Source: an uncultured Celeribacter sp.
Lineage (GTDB): Bacteria; Pseudomonadota; Alphaproteobacteria; Rhodobacterales; Rhodobacteraceae
NCBI GenBank assembly: GCA_963675965.1
Contig: OY780935.1
Coordinates: forward strand, 1,602,059-1,666,058
Length of the DNA stretch: 64,000 nt
Direction: 5' to 3'
The position numbers and the translations under genes are program-made. Numbering within the stretch: the first letter of the stretch is position 1; every line of letters begins with the position of its first letter. The notes under the pieces were generated by a model, which was given only the letters and a program-made list of their open reading frames with translations, did no database searches and was not told the origin of the DNA. Positions 53,876 through 62,798 of the stretch are shown in pieces.

Positions 53876-55744
53876 TTATTTCAATGCACCGTCCGAGCGC
53901 AACTCGGCTTCGCGATCAGCATTGACCCACCAGAAATCAAGATAGCCAAGTGCCAGCGGCGGCATTTGCTCTTCGGGCGGGTGCTCATACATATCATAGT
54001 AGGCCACCCAGTAGCTGTCGTTCATATGGGTCGGCACGATGAAATAGTCGTGGCGCAGGATACGGTCCGCTGCCCGGACCATGGCAGTCATATCCTCGTA
54101 GTTTTCAACCGTCATCAGCGCATCACCGATCTGTTCGATCGCCGGATTGCAATACCCCGCCGGGTTGAAAACATCATTGACCGCTTCGCACCCGTATTTC
54201 TGCAGGAAGGACGAGCCTTCCTCAAAACCGTTGCGATAGCCATCATAGATCATATCGTAGTCAAAACTCTGGGTGCGGGCCTGATATTGGTTCGGGTCGA
54301 TCCGGTTGTAGCTGGCATCCACGCCCAGCGCGTTCAGATTCTCGATATAGGGCTTGATGATCCGGTCCCAGCTCGGGCTGTATTGCAGGAATTCCAGCGA
54401 CAGCACCTCACCGTCGACGTTGCGCATCTTGCCGTCGTCCCCGGGTGTATAGCCCGCTTCGGCCAGCAGAGCGATCGCCTGGCGCATGTTGCGCCGGTCC
54501 AGTGAGCGCTCGCCAGAGCTGTGCGGCAACAGCGCCTCTTGCGTAAAGAGTTCTTCCGGCAAATCGTCGCGCACACCGTTGAGAACTTCGAGTTCCTTGC
54601 CTTCGGGCAGGCCTGTCGCCATCAGCTCCGGCGCCTGCCAGAAGCTTTCGCGTTGCGCAAACAGCCCGTATTGCAGCGTCTCATTGGTCCAGGTGAAATT
54701 ATACATCAGCCCAAGCGCGCGGCGCACATTGCGGTCCTGAAACTTTTCGCGCCGCAGGTTGAACAACAAACCATAGGCCGGGGGGATGGTGCCATTGTGC
54801 AGCGACTCTTTCGTCACCCAGCCTTTGTCGAGCGCCGGGAAATCATAGCCAGTCGCCCAATTCAGCGACGAGCTTTCCTGACGGAAAGTGATTTCCCCGG
54901 ATTTGAACGCCTCGAAGGCAGCAATCGTGTCCCCGAAATAGACCACGCGGATGGTGTCGAGATTGTTGCGCCCCACGTTGAACGGGTGATTATTGCCCCA
55001 GTAGTCGGGATTGCGTTTGTACTCGACCCATTGCCCCGGATCATATCCGGACAGCATATAGGCCCCCGTCCCCGGCGAGGTGTCATAGCGCTTTTCGTCG
55101 AGCCGCGCGCCGGTTTTCTCGAACCATGCCTTTTGCATCACGATGCTGGCACCGGCCTGATCGATCAAGCCGTTGCGCGGAATATCCGGCTGAAAGGTGA
55201 ACTTGACCGTATGCGCGTCTAGCGCCTCGACCCCGGCGATCATCGCGCCGACACCCGCCCGCCAGGACGGTGTGGCCTCCGCCATCATCTTGTTGTGGGA
55301 GAAGACCACATCTTCTGCCGTGACCGCGGTCCCATCGGAAAAGGTCACATCATCACGCAGGTGGAACACCACCCAATCCTTACTGTCGGGATATTCGATG
55401 GTTTCGCAGATCAGGCAATAGCTGACAGATTTGTATTCATCCGCAGTCGAGGTCATCAACCGTTCATACATCGTGCTCGACATTGCCGCAGGGCTGCCCG
55501 ACAGCGTGGAAAACGGGTTCATGCTGTCAAATGTGCCGACCACACCAATCGACACGCTCCCGCCCTTGGGAGCGTCCGGATTGACGTACTCGAGATGATC
55601 GAAAGGCTCACCATATTTCGCCTCGCCCCATTCGGAATACCATGTTGAGGTGATGATCTTGTCGTCATCGGCCCATGCGCCACCGCCGAGAGCCAAAGCG
55701 GCCACCACCGGAAAAAAGGCGCGGAAAACGGGTCGTGTCGTCAT
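53876..55744 (-). CDS. yejA: family-5 extracellular solute-binding protein (YejA-like)
   Basis: 622 aa with a signal peptide (FFPVVAALALGGGAWA). Size and position are those of the first gene of a yejABEF-type operon. Confidence 0.8.
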   Translation of the reverse strand: MTTRPVFRAFFPVVAALALGGGAWADDDKIITSTWYSEWGEAKYGEPFDHLEYVNPDAPKGGSVSIGVVGTFDSMNPFSTLSGSPAAMSSTMYERLMTSTADEYKSVSYCLICETIEYPDSKDWVVFHLRDDVTFSDGTAVTAEDVVFSHNKMMAEATPSWRAGVGAMIAGVEALDAHTVKFTFQPDIPRNGLIDQAGASIVMQKAWFEKTGARLDEKRYDTSPGTGAYMLSGYDPGQWVEYKRNPDYWGNNHPFNVGRNNLDTIRVVYFGDTIAAFEAFKSGEITFRQESSSLNWATGYDFPALDKGWVTKESLHNGTIPPAYGLLFNLRREKFQDRNVRRALGLMYNFTWTNETLQYGLFAQRESFWQAPELMATGLPEGKELEVLNGVRDDLPEELFTQEALLPHSSGERSLDRRNMRQAIALLAEAGYTPGDDGKMRNVDGEVLSLEFLQYSPSWDRIIKPYIENLNALGVDASYNRIDPNQYQARTQSFDYDMIYDGYRNGFEEGSSFLQKYGCEAVNDVFNPAGYCNPAIEQIGDALMTVENYEDMTAMVRAADRILRHDYFIVPTHMNDSYWVAYYDMYEHPPEEQMPPLALGYLDFWWVNADREAELRSDGALK

Positions 55745-55978
55745 GATCTACCTCCAAAATGACATCTGATGTTCGGCCATCTCTGCCGCGTGTCTTTGCG
55801 AAAGACGGTAATGTGGCTGAGGGCGAACATGCAAGTTACATCAGGTCGAAAAACCGTGATCACGCGCGACAGTGCCCCCCTCTGCCCGGACAAACACCAC
55901 TTGCTGCCCCGATAGCCGCGTGCACGCCCATGTCCGGTGGCGGGTTGCCAGGCTAAACTGGACACCCTAGATTTCCCT

Positions 55979-56022
55979 GCGAGGACGACCTCGCCATTTT
56001 GGTCATCATGCGGGACGGCCCG
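55979..56022 (+). promoter_or_regulatory. guanidine-II (mini-ykkC) riboswitch
   Basis: Two short hairpins with ACGR tetraloops: GCGAGG-ACGA-CCTCGC (55979-55994) and CGGG-ACGG-CCCG (56011-56022). A 16-nt linker separates them. They lie immediately 5' of the AAGGAG SD (56028-56033) of sugE. Confidence 0.7.
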
Positions 56023-56040
56023 ACACGAAGGAGATCAGAC

Positions 56041-56361
56041 ATGGCTTGGATCTGTCTTTTCGCGGCCGGCATTCTTGAAGTTGTCTGGGCGTTTTCGATG
56101 AAGAAGTCCGCCGGCTTCACGCTCGTTTTGCCCACTGTCATCACCGTCGTTACCATGGTCGCCAGCTTTGGCTTGCTGTCCGTGGCGATGAAAACACTTC
56201 CGCTTGGCACCGCCTATATGATCTGGACCGGCATCGGGGCAGTTGGCGCCTTTGCCATTGGGATCACCATGCTGGGCGAGCCAGTCACCCCGACGCGGAT
56301 CATCGCGGCGCTTTTGATCATCAGCGGCATCATCACGATGAAGCTCGCGGGGGCATCCTGA
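56041..56361 (+). CDS. sugE: SMR-family transporter SugE/Gdx (guanidinium exporter type)
   Basis: MAWICLFAAGILEVVWAFSMKKS has the conserved membrane Glu. 106 aa, 4 TM. Confidence 0.9.
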   Translation: MAWICLFAAGILEVVWAFSMKKSAGFTLVLPTVITVVTMVASFGLLSVAMKTLPLGTAYMIWTGIGAVGAFAIGITMLGEPVTPTRIIAALLIISGIITMKLAGAS

Positions 56362-56371
56362 GCAACAGCGC

Positions 56372-56410
56372 AAAGAAAAACCCCCGCGGGACAGGCTGTC
56401 CAGCGGGGGT
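56372..56410 (-). terminator. intrinsic terminator of the cytochrome c gene (also lies downstream of sugE)
   Basis: The minus strand reads ACCCCCGC-TGGACAGCCTGTCC-CGCGGGGGT followed by TTTTTCTTTG. There is no T-run on the plus strand. Confidence 0.55.
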
Positions 56411-56434
56411 CAATCGTCTGCGATGGCAGTCGGA

Positions 56435-56953
56435 TCAGCCGGAGATCGACTGCAGATAGGCCACCAGATTGGCGCGATCTTCGATCTTCTTCAAACCGGC
56501 AAAGGTCATCTTGGTGCCCGGCACCACACCTTTGGGATCTGCGAGGAATTCGTTCAGCGCCTCGGGCGTCCATGCGCCGCCATGGGCCATCATCGGATCG
56601 GAATAGCTGAAATCGCCGACAGAGGCGACTTCGCGACCGAACACACCGTCCAGATGCGGACCGGTGCCGTTGGTGCCATCAACCTTGTGGCAGGCTTTAC
56701 ACTTGGCAAAGACCTTTTCGCCGCGACCGACGTCGGCAGAGGCAAGCAGTTCGTCAAAGCTCACTTCGACAACATCTTCTTCGACAGCGTCATCTTCACC
56801 AGTGGAAATGACGTAGGCCTGAACATGCTCACCGTCATGGCCAGTGGCTTTCATGCCATAAATGGAGTCACCGGCGAGAAAGGCGATGACAAAAAGCGCA
56901 AGCGTGCCACAGAAGCCACCAACGATCTTAACAAGGGTCATAGTGTCGAACAT
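56435..56953 (-). CDS. membrane-anchored c-type cytochrome (cytochrome c_y / CycM-like)
   Basis: N-terminal TM anchor, an acidic linker, then a class I domain with CKACHK and a distal Met context (GTKMTFAGL). Confidence 0.85.
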   Translation of the reverse strand: MFDTMTLVKIVGGFCGTLALFVIAFLAGDSIYGMKATGHDGEHVQAYVISTGEDDAVEEDVVEVSFDELLASADVGRGEKVFAKCKACHKVDGTNGTGPHLDGVFGREVASVGDFSYSDPMMAHGGAWTPEALNEFLADPKGVVPGTKMTFAGLKKIEDRANLVAYLQSISG

Positions 56954-57076
56954 GTTGCGTTCCGTCTATATGGGTTCGTTCCGCGATATCTACCCGCTTC
57001 CCCTGATTCATTTCAAGGTATAAGACCAAGCCACAAACAACTTCGTGCACAGTAAAACGGCAAAAAGGGGTCAAAA

Positions 57077-57907
57077 ATGACCGGACGCATCGCTTTTCAA
57101 GGAGAACTTGGATCTTATTCCCACCAAGCCTGCCGCGAAACCCGGCCCGATTTTGAACCGCTGCCCTGCCCCACATTCGAAGACGCGATGGAGGCCGTGC
57201 GCTCCGGCGCCGCCGACATCGGGATGATCGCCGTCGAAAATTCCACCTACGGCCGCGTGCAGGATGTGTATCATCTGTTGCCCGAATCCGGATTGCATAT
57301 CATCGACGAAACCTTCGTCCGTGTGCACGTCAACCTGCTGGCTCTTCCGGGCACGAAAACCGCCGATGTAAAAGAGGTGCGCGCCATGTCCGTCCTGCTG
57401 GGACAGGCGCGGGAGTTTGTGCGCGAACACGGTCTGAAAACCACGAACTGGTCTGACAATGCCGCTGCGGCACGCTCGGTCAAGGAATTGGGCGACCCAA
57501 GCGTTGCCGCCTTTGCTTCTGAAATGGCTGGGGAAATTTTCGGGCTCGACGTTCTGGAACGTCATATTGAGGACCACGATCTCAACACCACGCGCTTTCT
57601 CATCATGTCCCGCGATCCCGATTATTCGCGCCGCGCCGACAAGATGGTCACCGCTTTCATGTTCCGCGTTCGTAACATCCCCGCCGCGCTCTACAAGGCC
57701 ATGGGGGGCTTTGCGACCAACGGCATCAACATGACCAAGCTGGAAAGCTACATGGTCAACGGCGTCTTCACCGCGACACAATTCTACGCCGACATCGAAG
57801 GCCACCCGGAAGATGCAAATGTCCGGCTGGCGCTGGATGAACTAGGCTATTTCACAGAGATGGTCGAGATCCTCGGCGTCTATCCCGCCGACCCGCGCCG
57901 CACCTAA
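57077..57907 (+). CDS. pheA: prephenate dehydratase
   Basis: IAFQGELGSYSHQA, a VENSTYGRV-type segment, TRFLIM, and a C-terminal ACT domain (ESRP-like region absent but ACT-like FMFRVRNIPAALYKAMGGFA present). Confidence 0.9.
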   Translation: MTGRIAFQGELGSYSHQACRETRPDFEPLPCPTFEDAMEAVRSGAADIGMIAVENSTYGRVQDVYHLLPESGLHIIDETFVRVHVNLLALPGTKTADVKEVRAMSVLLGQAREFVREHGLKTTNWSDNAAAARSVKELGDPSVAAFASEMAGEIFGLDVLERHIEDHDLNTTRFLIMSRDPDYSRRADKMVTAFMFRVRNIPAALYKAMGGFATNGINMTKLESYMVNGVFTATQFYADIEGHPEDANVRLALDELGYFTEMVEILGVYPADPRRT

Positions 57908-57953
57908 CAAAGGCCCGCCGCAGGCCGGAGGCCACAAGGCGCCGGTCGCGGCG

Positions 57954-58421
57954 TTACGCCGCAGGATCGTACTCCACAGACATCTGCGCACAAAAGCGCG
58001 CCGCGCGTTTTTCGAACCGTTTCTGCAATGATCCTTTGGCAAATTTCATCGATTGCAGCAGCACCCGTGCCGAAAAACTCTTGGGGCGCAGATCGCATCC
58101 AACCTGCAGGCGGGAGCGTTTGCGCGACAGCGCGAGCACATCGAGCGTTATATCTACCGTCAACCCGCCCGAACGCGCGACCGCATAGAGCGCCTCCGGC
58201 GGTTCAAAACGTGTCAGCTCGATCTCGACATCATGCATTTTTCCACGAAACGGGGCACGCATGTCCCAAATTGTACCGACACCGGCAAACGGTGTGCCGT
58301 CGCGGCGCGATGCCTCTATCCCCCGGCGCATGGCCTGGCGTTCAAAGCTCGCAAAATCTGTCAGACATCCAAAGACATGATCAGCGGGCGCCTCGACATC
58401 CTGACGCGTTGAAAACTTCAT
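57954..58421 (-). CDS. SRPBCC-family (START/polyketide-cyclase-like) protein
   Basis: 155 aa. MKFSTRQDVEAPADHVFGCLTDFASFERQ is the usual SRPBCC N-terminal pattern. The specific function is not recognisable. Confidence 0.7.
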   Translation of the reverse strand: MKFSTRQDVEAPADHVFGCLTDFASFERQAMRRGIEASRRDGTPFAGVGTIWDMRAPFRGKMHDVEIELTRFEPPEALYAVARSGGLTVDITLDVLALSRKRSRLQVGCDLRPKSFSARVLLQSMKFAKGSLQKRFEKRAARFCAQMSVEYDPAA

Positions 58422-58465
58422 CTCTCGGTCACCTGCTTTTCAGCGCATCCTCTACGCATATTTCG

Positions 58466-59443
58466 TCATTCCCAGGAATCTTCAAGCCATTTGCTCATCA
58501 GGAACTGTGCAATCGCGCCACGCCGCGCCGGTCGGATCTCCGGATGCAGCCCAACCATGGCCTTGGACAGATCCTCGCGCGACACCCAGCGCGCATCCTG
58601 AATTTCCGCCGGATCAACCGTGATTTCCGTGCTCAGCGCCTCGGCCCGACAGCCAAACATCAAGGATGCGGGGAACGGCCAGGGTTGGCTGGCCACATAA
58701 TGAACTGCCCCGACCCGCACCCCGGATTCTTCGGCCACTTCGCGGCGCACAGCAGCCTCGATCGGCTCTCCCGGCTCCACAAAGCCCGCCAACAACGAAT
58801 ACATGCCTTCCGGCCAATTGGCATTGCGCCCCAGTAGGACCGAGTTGCCATGGGTCACCAGCATTATCACCACCGGATCGGTGCGCGGAAAATGCTGCGC
58901 GCCGCATCCCGGACAATCGCGTCGCCAGCCGCCTTCGGCCATCGCGCTGGATTGCCCGCAGTTGGCGCAGAACCCGTGCCGCGCGTGCCATTCCAGAATG
59001 CCGCGCGCGGTGGCGGCGACTTCCGCCTCCCAGGGCAACACCTGCGCCATCACGGCGCGCAATTCGCGAAACTGACCTTCGGGAAGTTCGGCGCAGCGCA
59101 CTCCTTCAGCGCTCCAGCCGGTGCTGGCCACCTCAGGATCACCAATGGCCACCAGATCCGACAGGTCGACGGCGAAAAGCGGCATATCCTGTGGCCCCAG
59201 CCCCAGAAACAGCGCGGTTTGTTCCCGCCCTGCCAAGACGGGATGCGCTGAGGGCAACAGCACCATGGCACCGGCCCTGTCCATGAGCGGCATCTTGTTC
59301 CAAAGCGGCAGAACCACAGCCGCCCCCTGCGCCCAAAGGGCGGAGGATTGCGGTCTTAAATGCGCCGCACGGTCCAAAAGACCGGCTGAAAACACGGGGG
59401 ATTGATCTTGCATGGCAAAGGGATAGGCCGCAATTTCAGGCAT
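58466..59443 (-). CDS. nudC: NAD(+) diphosphatase / NADH pyrophosphatase (Nudix)
   Basis: Zinc ribbon CANCGQ...CPGCGAQHFPRTDP, Nudix box GFVEPGEPIEAAVRREVAEESGV, and the NudC signature SQPWPFPAS. The start is uncertain (ATG 59443 or 59413; the track gives 59527). Confidence 0.85.
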   Translation of the reverse strand: MPEIAAYPFAMQDQSPVFSAGLLDRAAHLRPQSSALWAQGAAVVLPLWNKMPLMDRAGAMVLLPSAHPVLAGREQTALFLGLGPQDMPLFAVDLSDLVAIGDPEVASTGWSAEGVRCAELPEGQFRELRAVMAQVLPWEAEVAATARGILEWHARHGFCANCGQSSAMAEGGWRRDCPGCGAQHFPRTDPVVIMLVTHGNSVLLGRNANWPEGMYSLLAGFVEPGEPIEAAVRREVAEESGVRVGAVHYVASQPWPFPASLMFGCRAEALSTEITVDPAEIQDARWVSREDLSKAMVGLHPEIRPARRGAIAQFLMSKWLEDSWE

Positions 59444-59614
59444 CGCAACACGCGATCGCGGCAGAATGGCCGTTTTTCGCGGGCCACACCGACTTGCCCG
59501 GGGCGCAACGATTGTCATCCCATGCATGGCGGGCTATCCCAACCGGGCCCAACCGGACAGGACGCGATGCCCCGTCGCTCCGACGTCCCTTTTCCCAACC
59601 CAAAGGCTTTCGCA

Positions 59615-61540
59615 ATGGCAGATCCGGCACAAACGTCCCAACATCCCTTTTCCACCTCGGCCACCGAAGGCCAGGTGCATCTGCGGATACTGGAAACGAC
59701 CGATCTGCATATGCATGTCTTTCCCTATGACTATTTCGCCGACAAACCGATGGACAGCGCGGGGCTGGCGCGCACGGCCACATTGATGGAGCGGGCCCGC
59801 CAGGAGGCCGCAAACTGCCTGCTTCTGGACAATGGGGATTTTCTGCAAGGCAATCCCATGGGCGATTTCATGGCTCATGAAAAAGAGCTGGGGCCGGGCG
59901 AATTGCACCCGATGATCGCCGCCATGAATACGCTCGGCTATGACGCTTCGACGCTGGGCAACCATGAATTCAACTACGGCATTCCCTTTTTGATGACGAC
60001 GATTGCTGGCGCGGATTTCCCCATCGTTTCGGCCAATATCGTAAAGACCGAAGGGGCGACGCCGGTCGAAGACGACACACTGGTCCCGCCCTATGTGATC
60101 CTGGAACGCAGCTTGACAGATGGCGCGGGCGAAGCGCAGACCATCAAAATCGGGCTGATCGGCCTCGCCCCGCCGCAAATCATGATGTGGGATCACAAGA
60201 ATGTCGCAGGGCAGATTTCCCTGCGCGACATCGTGGACACCGCCCGCGCCTATGTTCCGGAAATCCGGGCACAGGGCGCGGATATTGTCATCGCCCTGAG
60301 CCACACCGGCATCGGGCCAGGCACGCACACAGAGGGCATGGAAAACGCGGCCGTGCCACTGGCCGCGATCGAAGGGATCGACGCGCTTCTGACCGGCCAC
60401 ACCCACCTTCTTTTCCCCTCGCCGATGTTCTACGGGCTGCCCGACATTGACGCGCAGGCCGGGCTGATCCACGGCAAGCCCGCGATGATGCCCGGTTACT
60501 GGGGGTCGCATCTTGGGGTCATGGATCTGTTGCTCGAACAGCAGGACGGCGTGTGGCGCATCCGCGACAGCGAAACCGCTCTGCGGCCCATCGCCACCCG
60601 CAATCCCGACCTGAGCCTCTCCCCGACTGTAGAAAGCGCCCCCGCCGTTATTGCCGCAACTGAGCGCGCCCATTTCGACACACTCGACTATGTGCGCCGC
60701 CCGGTCGGGCGCACTGAAACCCCGCTGCATTCCTATTTCGCACTGCTCACCGACGACCCGTCGGTGCAGCTCGTGGCCAATGCCCAGATCGCCTATACCA
60801 CCGAGATGATGAAGGGCACCGCGCACGAAGGTCTACCGGTGCTGTCCTGCACCGCCCCCTTCAAGGCCGGCGGGCGCAACGGGCCGGACTATTACACGGA
60901 TATTCCGGCAGGTGATCTGGCGATCAAACATGTCGCCGATCTCTACCTCTATTCGAACACGGTGCGCGCCCTGCGCATCAATGGCGATCAGCTGAAAGGC
61001 TGGCTGGAACGTTCCGCCGGCCAGTTCAATCAGATTGCGCCCGACAGTCAGGATGCCGCGCTCCTGCACCCGGTTTTTCCCGCCTATAATTTCGACGTGA
61101 TCGACGGGGTCAGCTATCAGATCGACATCTCGCAACCTGCGCGGTTCGATCACGTCGGAACGGTTCTCGACCCTACAGCCAGCCGGATCGTCAATCTGCA
61201 ACACGAAGGCCGCCCGGTCACCCCGGAGATGGAATTCATCATCTGCACCAACAATTACCGCGCCTATGGCGGCGGCAGCTTTCCCGGCGCCGATGGCAGC
61301 ACCGTGGTGTTTGAGGGTCCGGATGCCAACCGCGACATCGTGGTGCGCTACATTCTGGAACAGGGCACGATCAATCCCAAAGCCGACAACAACTGGTCAC
61401 TGGCGCCGATGCCCGGCACCACGGTGGTCTATCACACCGGCCCTGGCGCCCGCGCGCATCTTTCGGCTCTGGAGGGGCGGACAGTGACCGATCTGGGGGA
61501 CAACGCAGAGGGCTTTGCGACCCTCCGGGTCACGCTTTGA
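59615..61540 (+). CDS. bifunctional 2',3'-cyclic-nucleotide 2'-phosphodiesterase / 3'-nucleotidase-like metallophosphoesterase (CpdB / 5'-nucleotidase family)
   Basis: ILETTDLHMH, DNGDFLQGNP, GNHEFNYG and a C-terminal 5'-nucleotidase substrate-binding domain. The start is uncertain (ATG 59615 or 59567). None of the possible N-termini has an obvious signal peptide. Confidence 0.85.
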   Translation: MADPAQTSQHPFSTSATEGQVHLRILETTDLHMHVFPYDYFADKPMDSAGLARTATLMERARQEAANCLLLDNGDFLQGNPMGDFMAHEKELGPGELHPMIAAMNTLGYDASTLGNHEFNYGIPFLMTTIAGADFPIVSANIVKTEGATPVEDDTLVPPYVILERSLTDGAGEAQTIKIGLIGLAPPQIMMWDHKNVAGQISLRDIVDTARAYVPEIRAQGADIVIALSHTGIGPGTHTEGMENAAVPLAAIEGIDALLTGHTHLLFPSPMFYGLPDIDAQAGLIHGKPAMMPGYWGSHLGVMDLLLEQQDGVWRIRDSETALRPIATRNPDLSLSPTVESAPAVIAATERAHFDTLDYVRRPVGRTETPLHSYFALLTDDPSVQLVANAQIAYTTEMMKGTAHEGLPVLSCTAPFKAGGRNGPDYYTDIPAGDLAIKHVADLYLYSNTVRALRINGDQLKGWLERSAGQFNQIAPDSQDAALLHPVFPAYNFDVIDGVSYQIDISQPARFDHVGTVLDPTASRIVNLQHEGRPVTPEMEFIICTNNYRAYGGGSFPGADGSTVVFEGPDANRDIVVRYILEQGTINPKADNNWSLAPMPGTTVVYHTGPGARAHLSALEGRTVTDLGDNAEGFATLRVTL

Positions 61541-61595
61541 AAGCGGTCTGGGCAGCGATGCCTTTTGCATCATAGGCGGCCCAGAATACGATCAA

Positions 61596-61648
61596 TTGTT
61601 TACCAAATGGGCAAAAATGATAATTTATGCTCAGTTTTTGCCCATTTG
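61596..61648 (+). promoter_or_regulatory. candidate sigma70-type promoter interlocked with a perfect 14-bp inverted repeat (operator-like)
   Basis: TTGTTT (61596-61601), a 17-nt spacer, then GATAAT (61619-61624). The inverted repeat is CAAATGGGCAAAAA (61604-61617) / TTTTTGCCCATTTG (61635-61648). The element sits in an AT-rich island within otherwise GC-rich DNA. Confidence 0.45.
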
Positions 61649-61736
61649 CCCCTTTTCTAGACAGCTACATCATTATGGTTCTCGCCCTCGGCGTCCGCTT
61701 CGGTCAGGCTGGCGCGGAACTTCACAGGGGAGAACC

Positions 61737-62747
61737 ATGTTCAACAAATCTCTTGCCACTCTGGCCGCCATCGCCGTGACCGGCACCGCGGCCTATGCCG
61801 AAACCACGAAGGTGCCCTTCGCGCTGGACTGGAAATTCGAAGGCCCGTCGGCACCGTATTTCGCCGCCATTGAAAACGGCCATTTCGCCGAGAATGACCT
61901 TGAGGTCGAAATCTCCGCAGGCTCCGGCTCGCTCGACGCGATCCCGAAAATCGCAACCGGCGCCTTCCCGGTGGGCTTTGCCGACATCAATTCGATGATC
62001 AAATTCCTCGACCAGAACCCGGGCGCACCGGTAACGGCCATCATGATGATCTACGATGCGCCGCCCTTTGCCGTGATCGGTCGCAAATCTCTGGGCGTGG
62101 AAGCCCCGAAAGATCTGGAAGGCAAGGTGCTGGGCGCGCCGCCGCCGGATGGCGCATGGGCGCAATTCCCGATCTTTGCGGACGAAAACGATCTGGATAT
62201 GGACAAGATCACCGTCGAGCCGGTCGGCTTCCCGACCCGTGAACCGATGCTGGCCGAAGGCAAAGTGGACGCGGTGACCGGCTACAACTTCACCTCCTAC
62301 CTGAACACCGCTCGTCTGGGCGTGCCGGAAGACGATCTCTCCGTGATCATGATGCCCGACTATGGCGTGGACCTTTACGGCAATGCGATCATGGTCAACA
62401 CCGACTATGCCGCCGAGCACCCGGAGGTGATCAAAGGCTTCCTCGATGCGATCACCAAAGGCTGGAAAGACGCCGTCGCCGATCCGGCGGGCGTTGTCGA
62501 CTATCTGGTGAAATACAACCCGGCCGCCGATGCAGAGCTGGAAACCCGCCGTCTGGAACTGGCCATGGAAGGCAATGTTCTGACCGATACGGTTCTGGAA
62601 AACGGTCTCGGCGCCATCGACGACGCCCGCTTCGCCAATGCGCTGGAACAGATGAAACTGGTCTATGAGTTCCAGAATGCGCCCGACGCATCGCTCTATT
62701 TCACAGACGAATACCTGCCCGCCGCAGACGTTCGCATGATGAAATAA
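61737..62747 (+). CDS. ABC transporter substrate-binding protein, NMT1/THI5-like (NitT/TauT family)
   Basis: Signal peptide MFNKSLATLAAIAVTGTAAYA, then PFALDWKFEGPSAPYFAAIENGHF, typical of NMT1/SsuA-like binding proteins. ATG 61737 follows GGGGAG. Confidence 0.85.
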   Translation: MFNKSLATLAAIAVTGTAAYAETTKVPFALDWKFEGPSAPYFAAIENGHFAENDLEVEISAGSGSLDAIPKIATGAFPVGFADINSMIKFLDQNPGAPVTAIMMIYDAPPFAVIGRKSLGVEAPKDLEGKVLGAPPPDGAWAQFPIFADENDLDMDKITVEPVGFPTREPMLAEGKVDAVTGYNFTSYLNTARLGVPEDDLSVIMMPDYGVDLYGNAIMVNTDYAAEHPEVIKGFLDAITKGWKDAVADPAGVVDYLVKYNPAADAELETRRLELAMEGNVLTDTVLENGLGAIDDARFANALEQMKLVYEFQNAPDASLYFTDEYLPAADVRMMK

Positions 62748-62798
62748 TCCTAAGGCGGGCGGGGATTTCCCGCCCGCTTCCTTTCAGGCCGAGCCTCT

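Noticed and set aside
55745-55978. A possible guanidine-I (ykkC) or other structured RNA in the long yejA/sugE spacer.
   Set aside because: I saw no ykkC-type conserved blocks. Only the two ACGR hairpins closest to sugE are convincing.
61541-61736. A possible TPP (THI-box) riboswitch, considered because the downstream binding protein is NMT1/THI5-like.
   Set aside because: The conserved CUGAGA and ACCUGAUCUGGAUAAUGCCAGCG blocks are absent. Only a generic SD-sequestering helix is visible.
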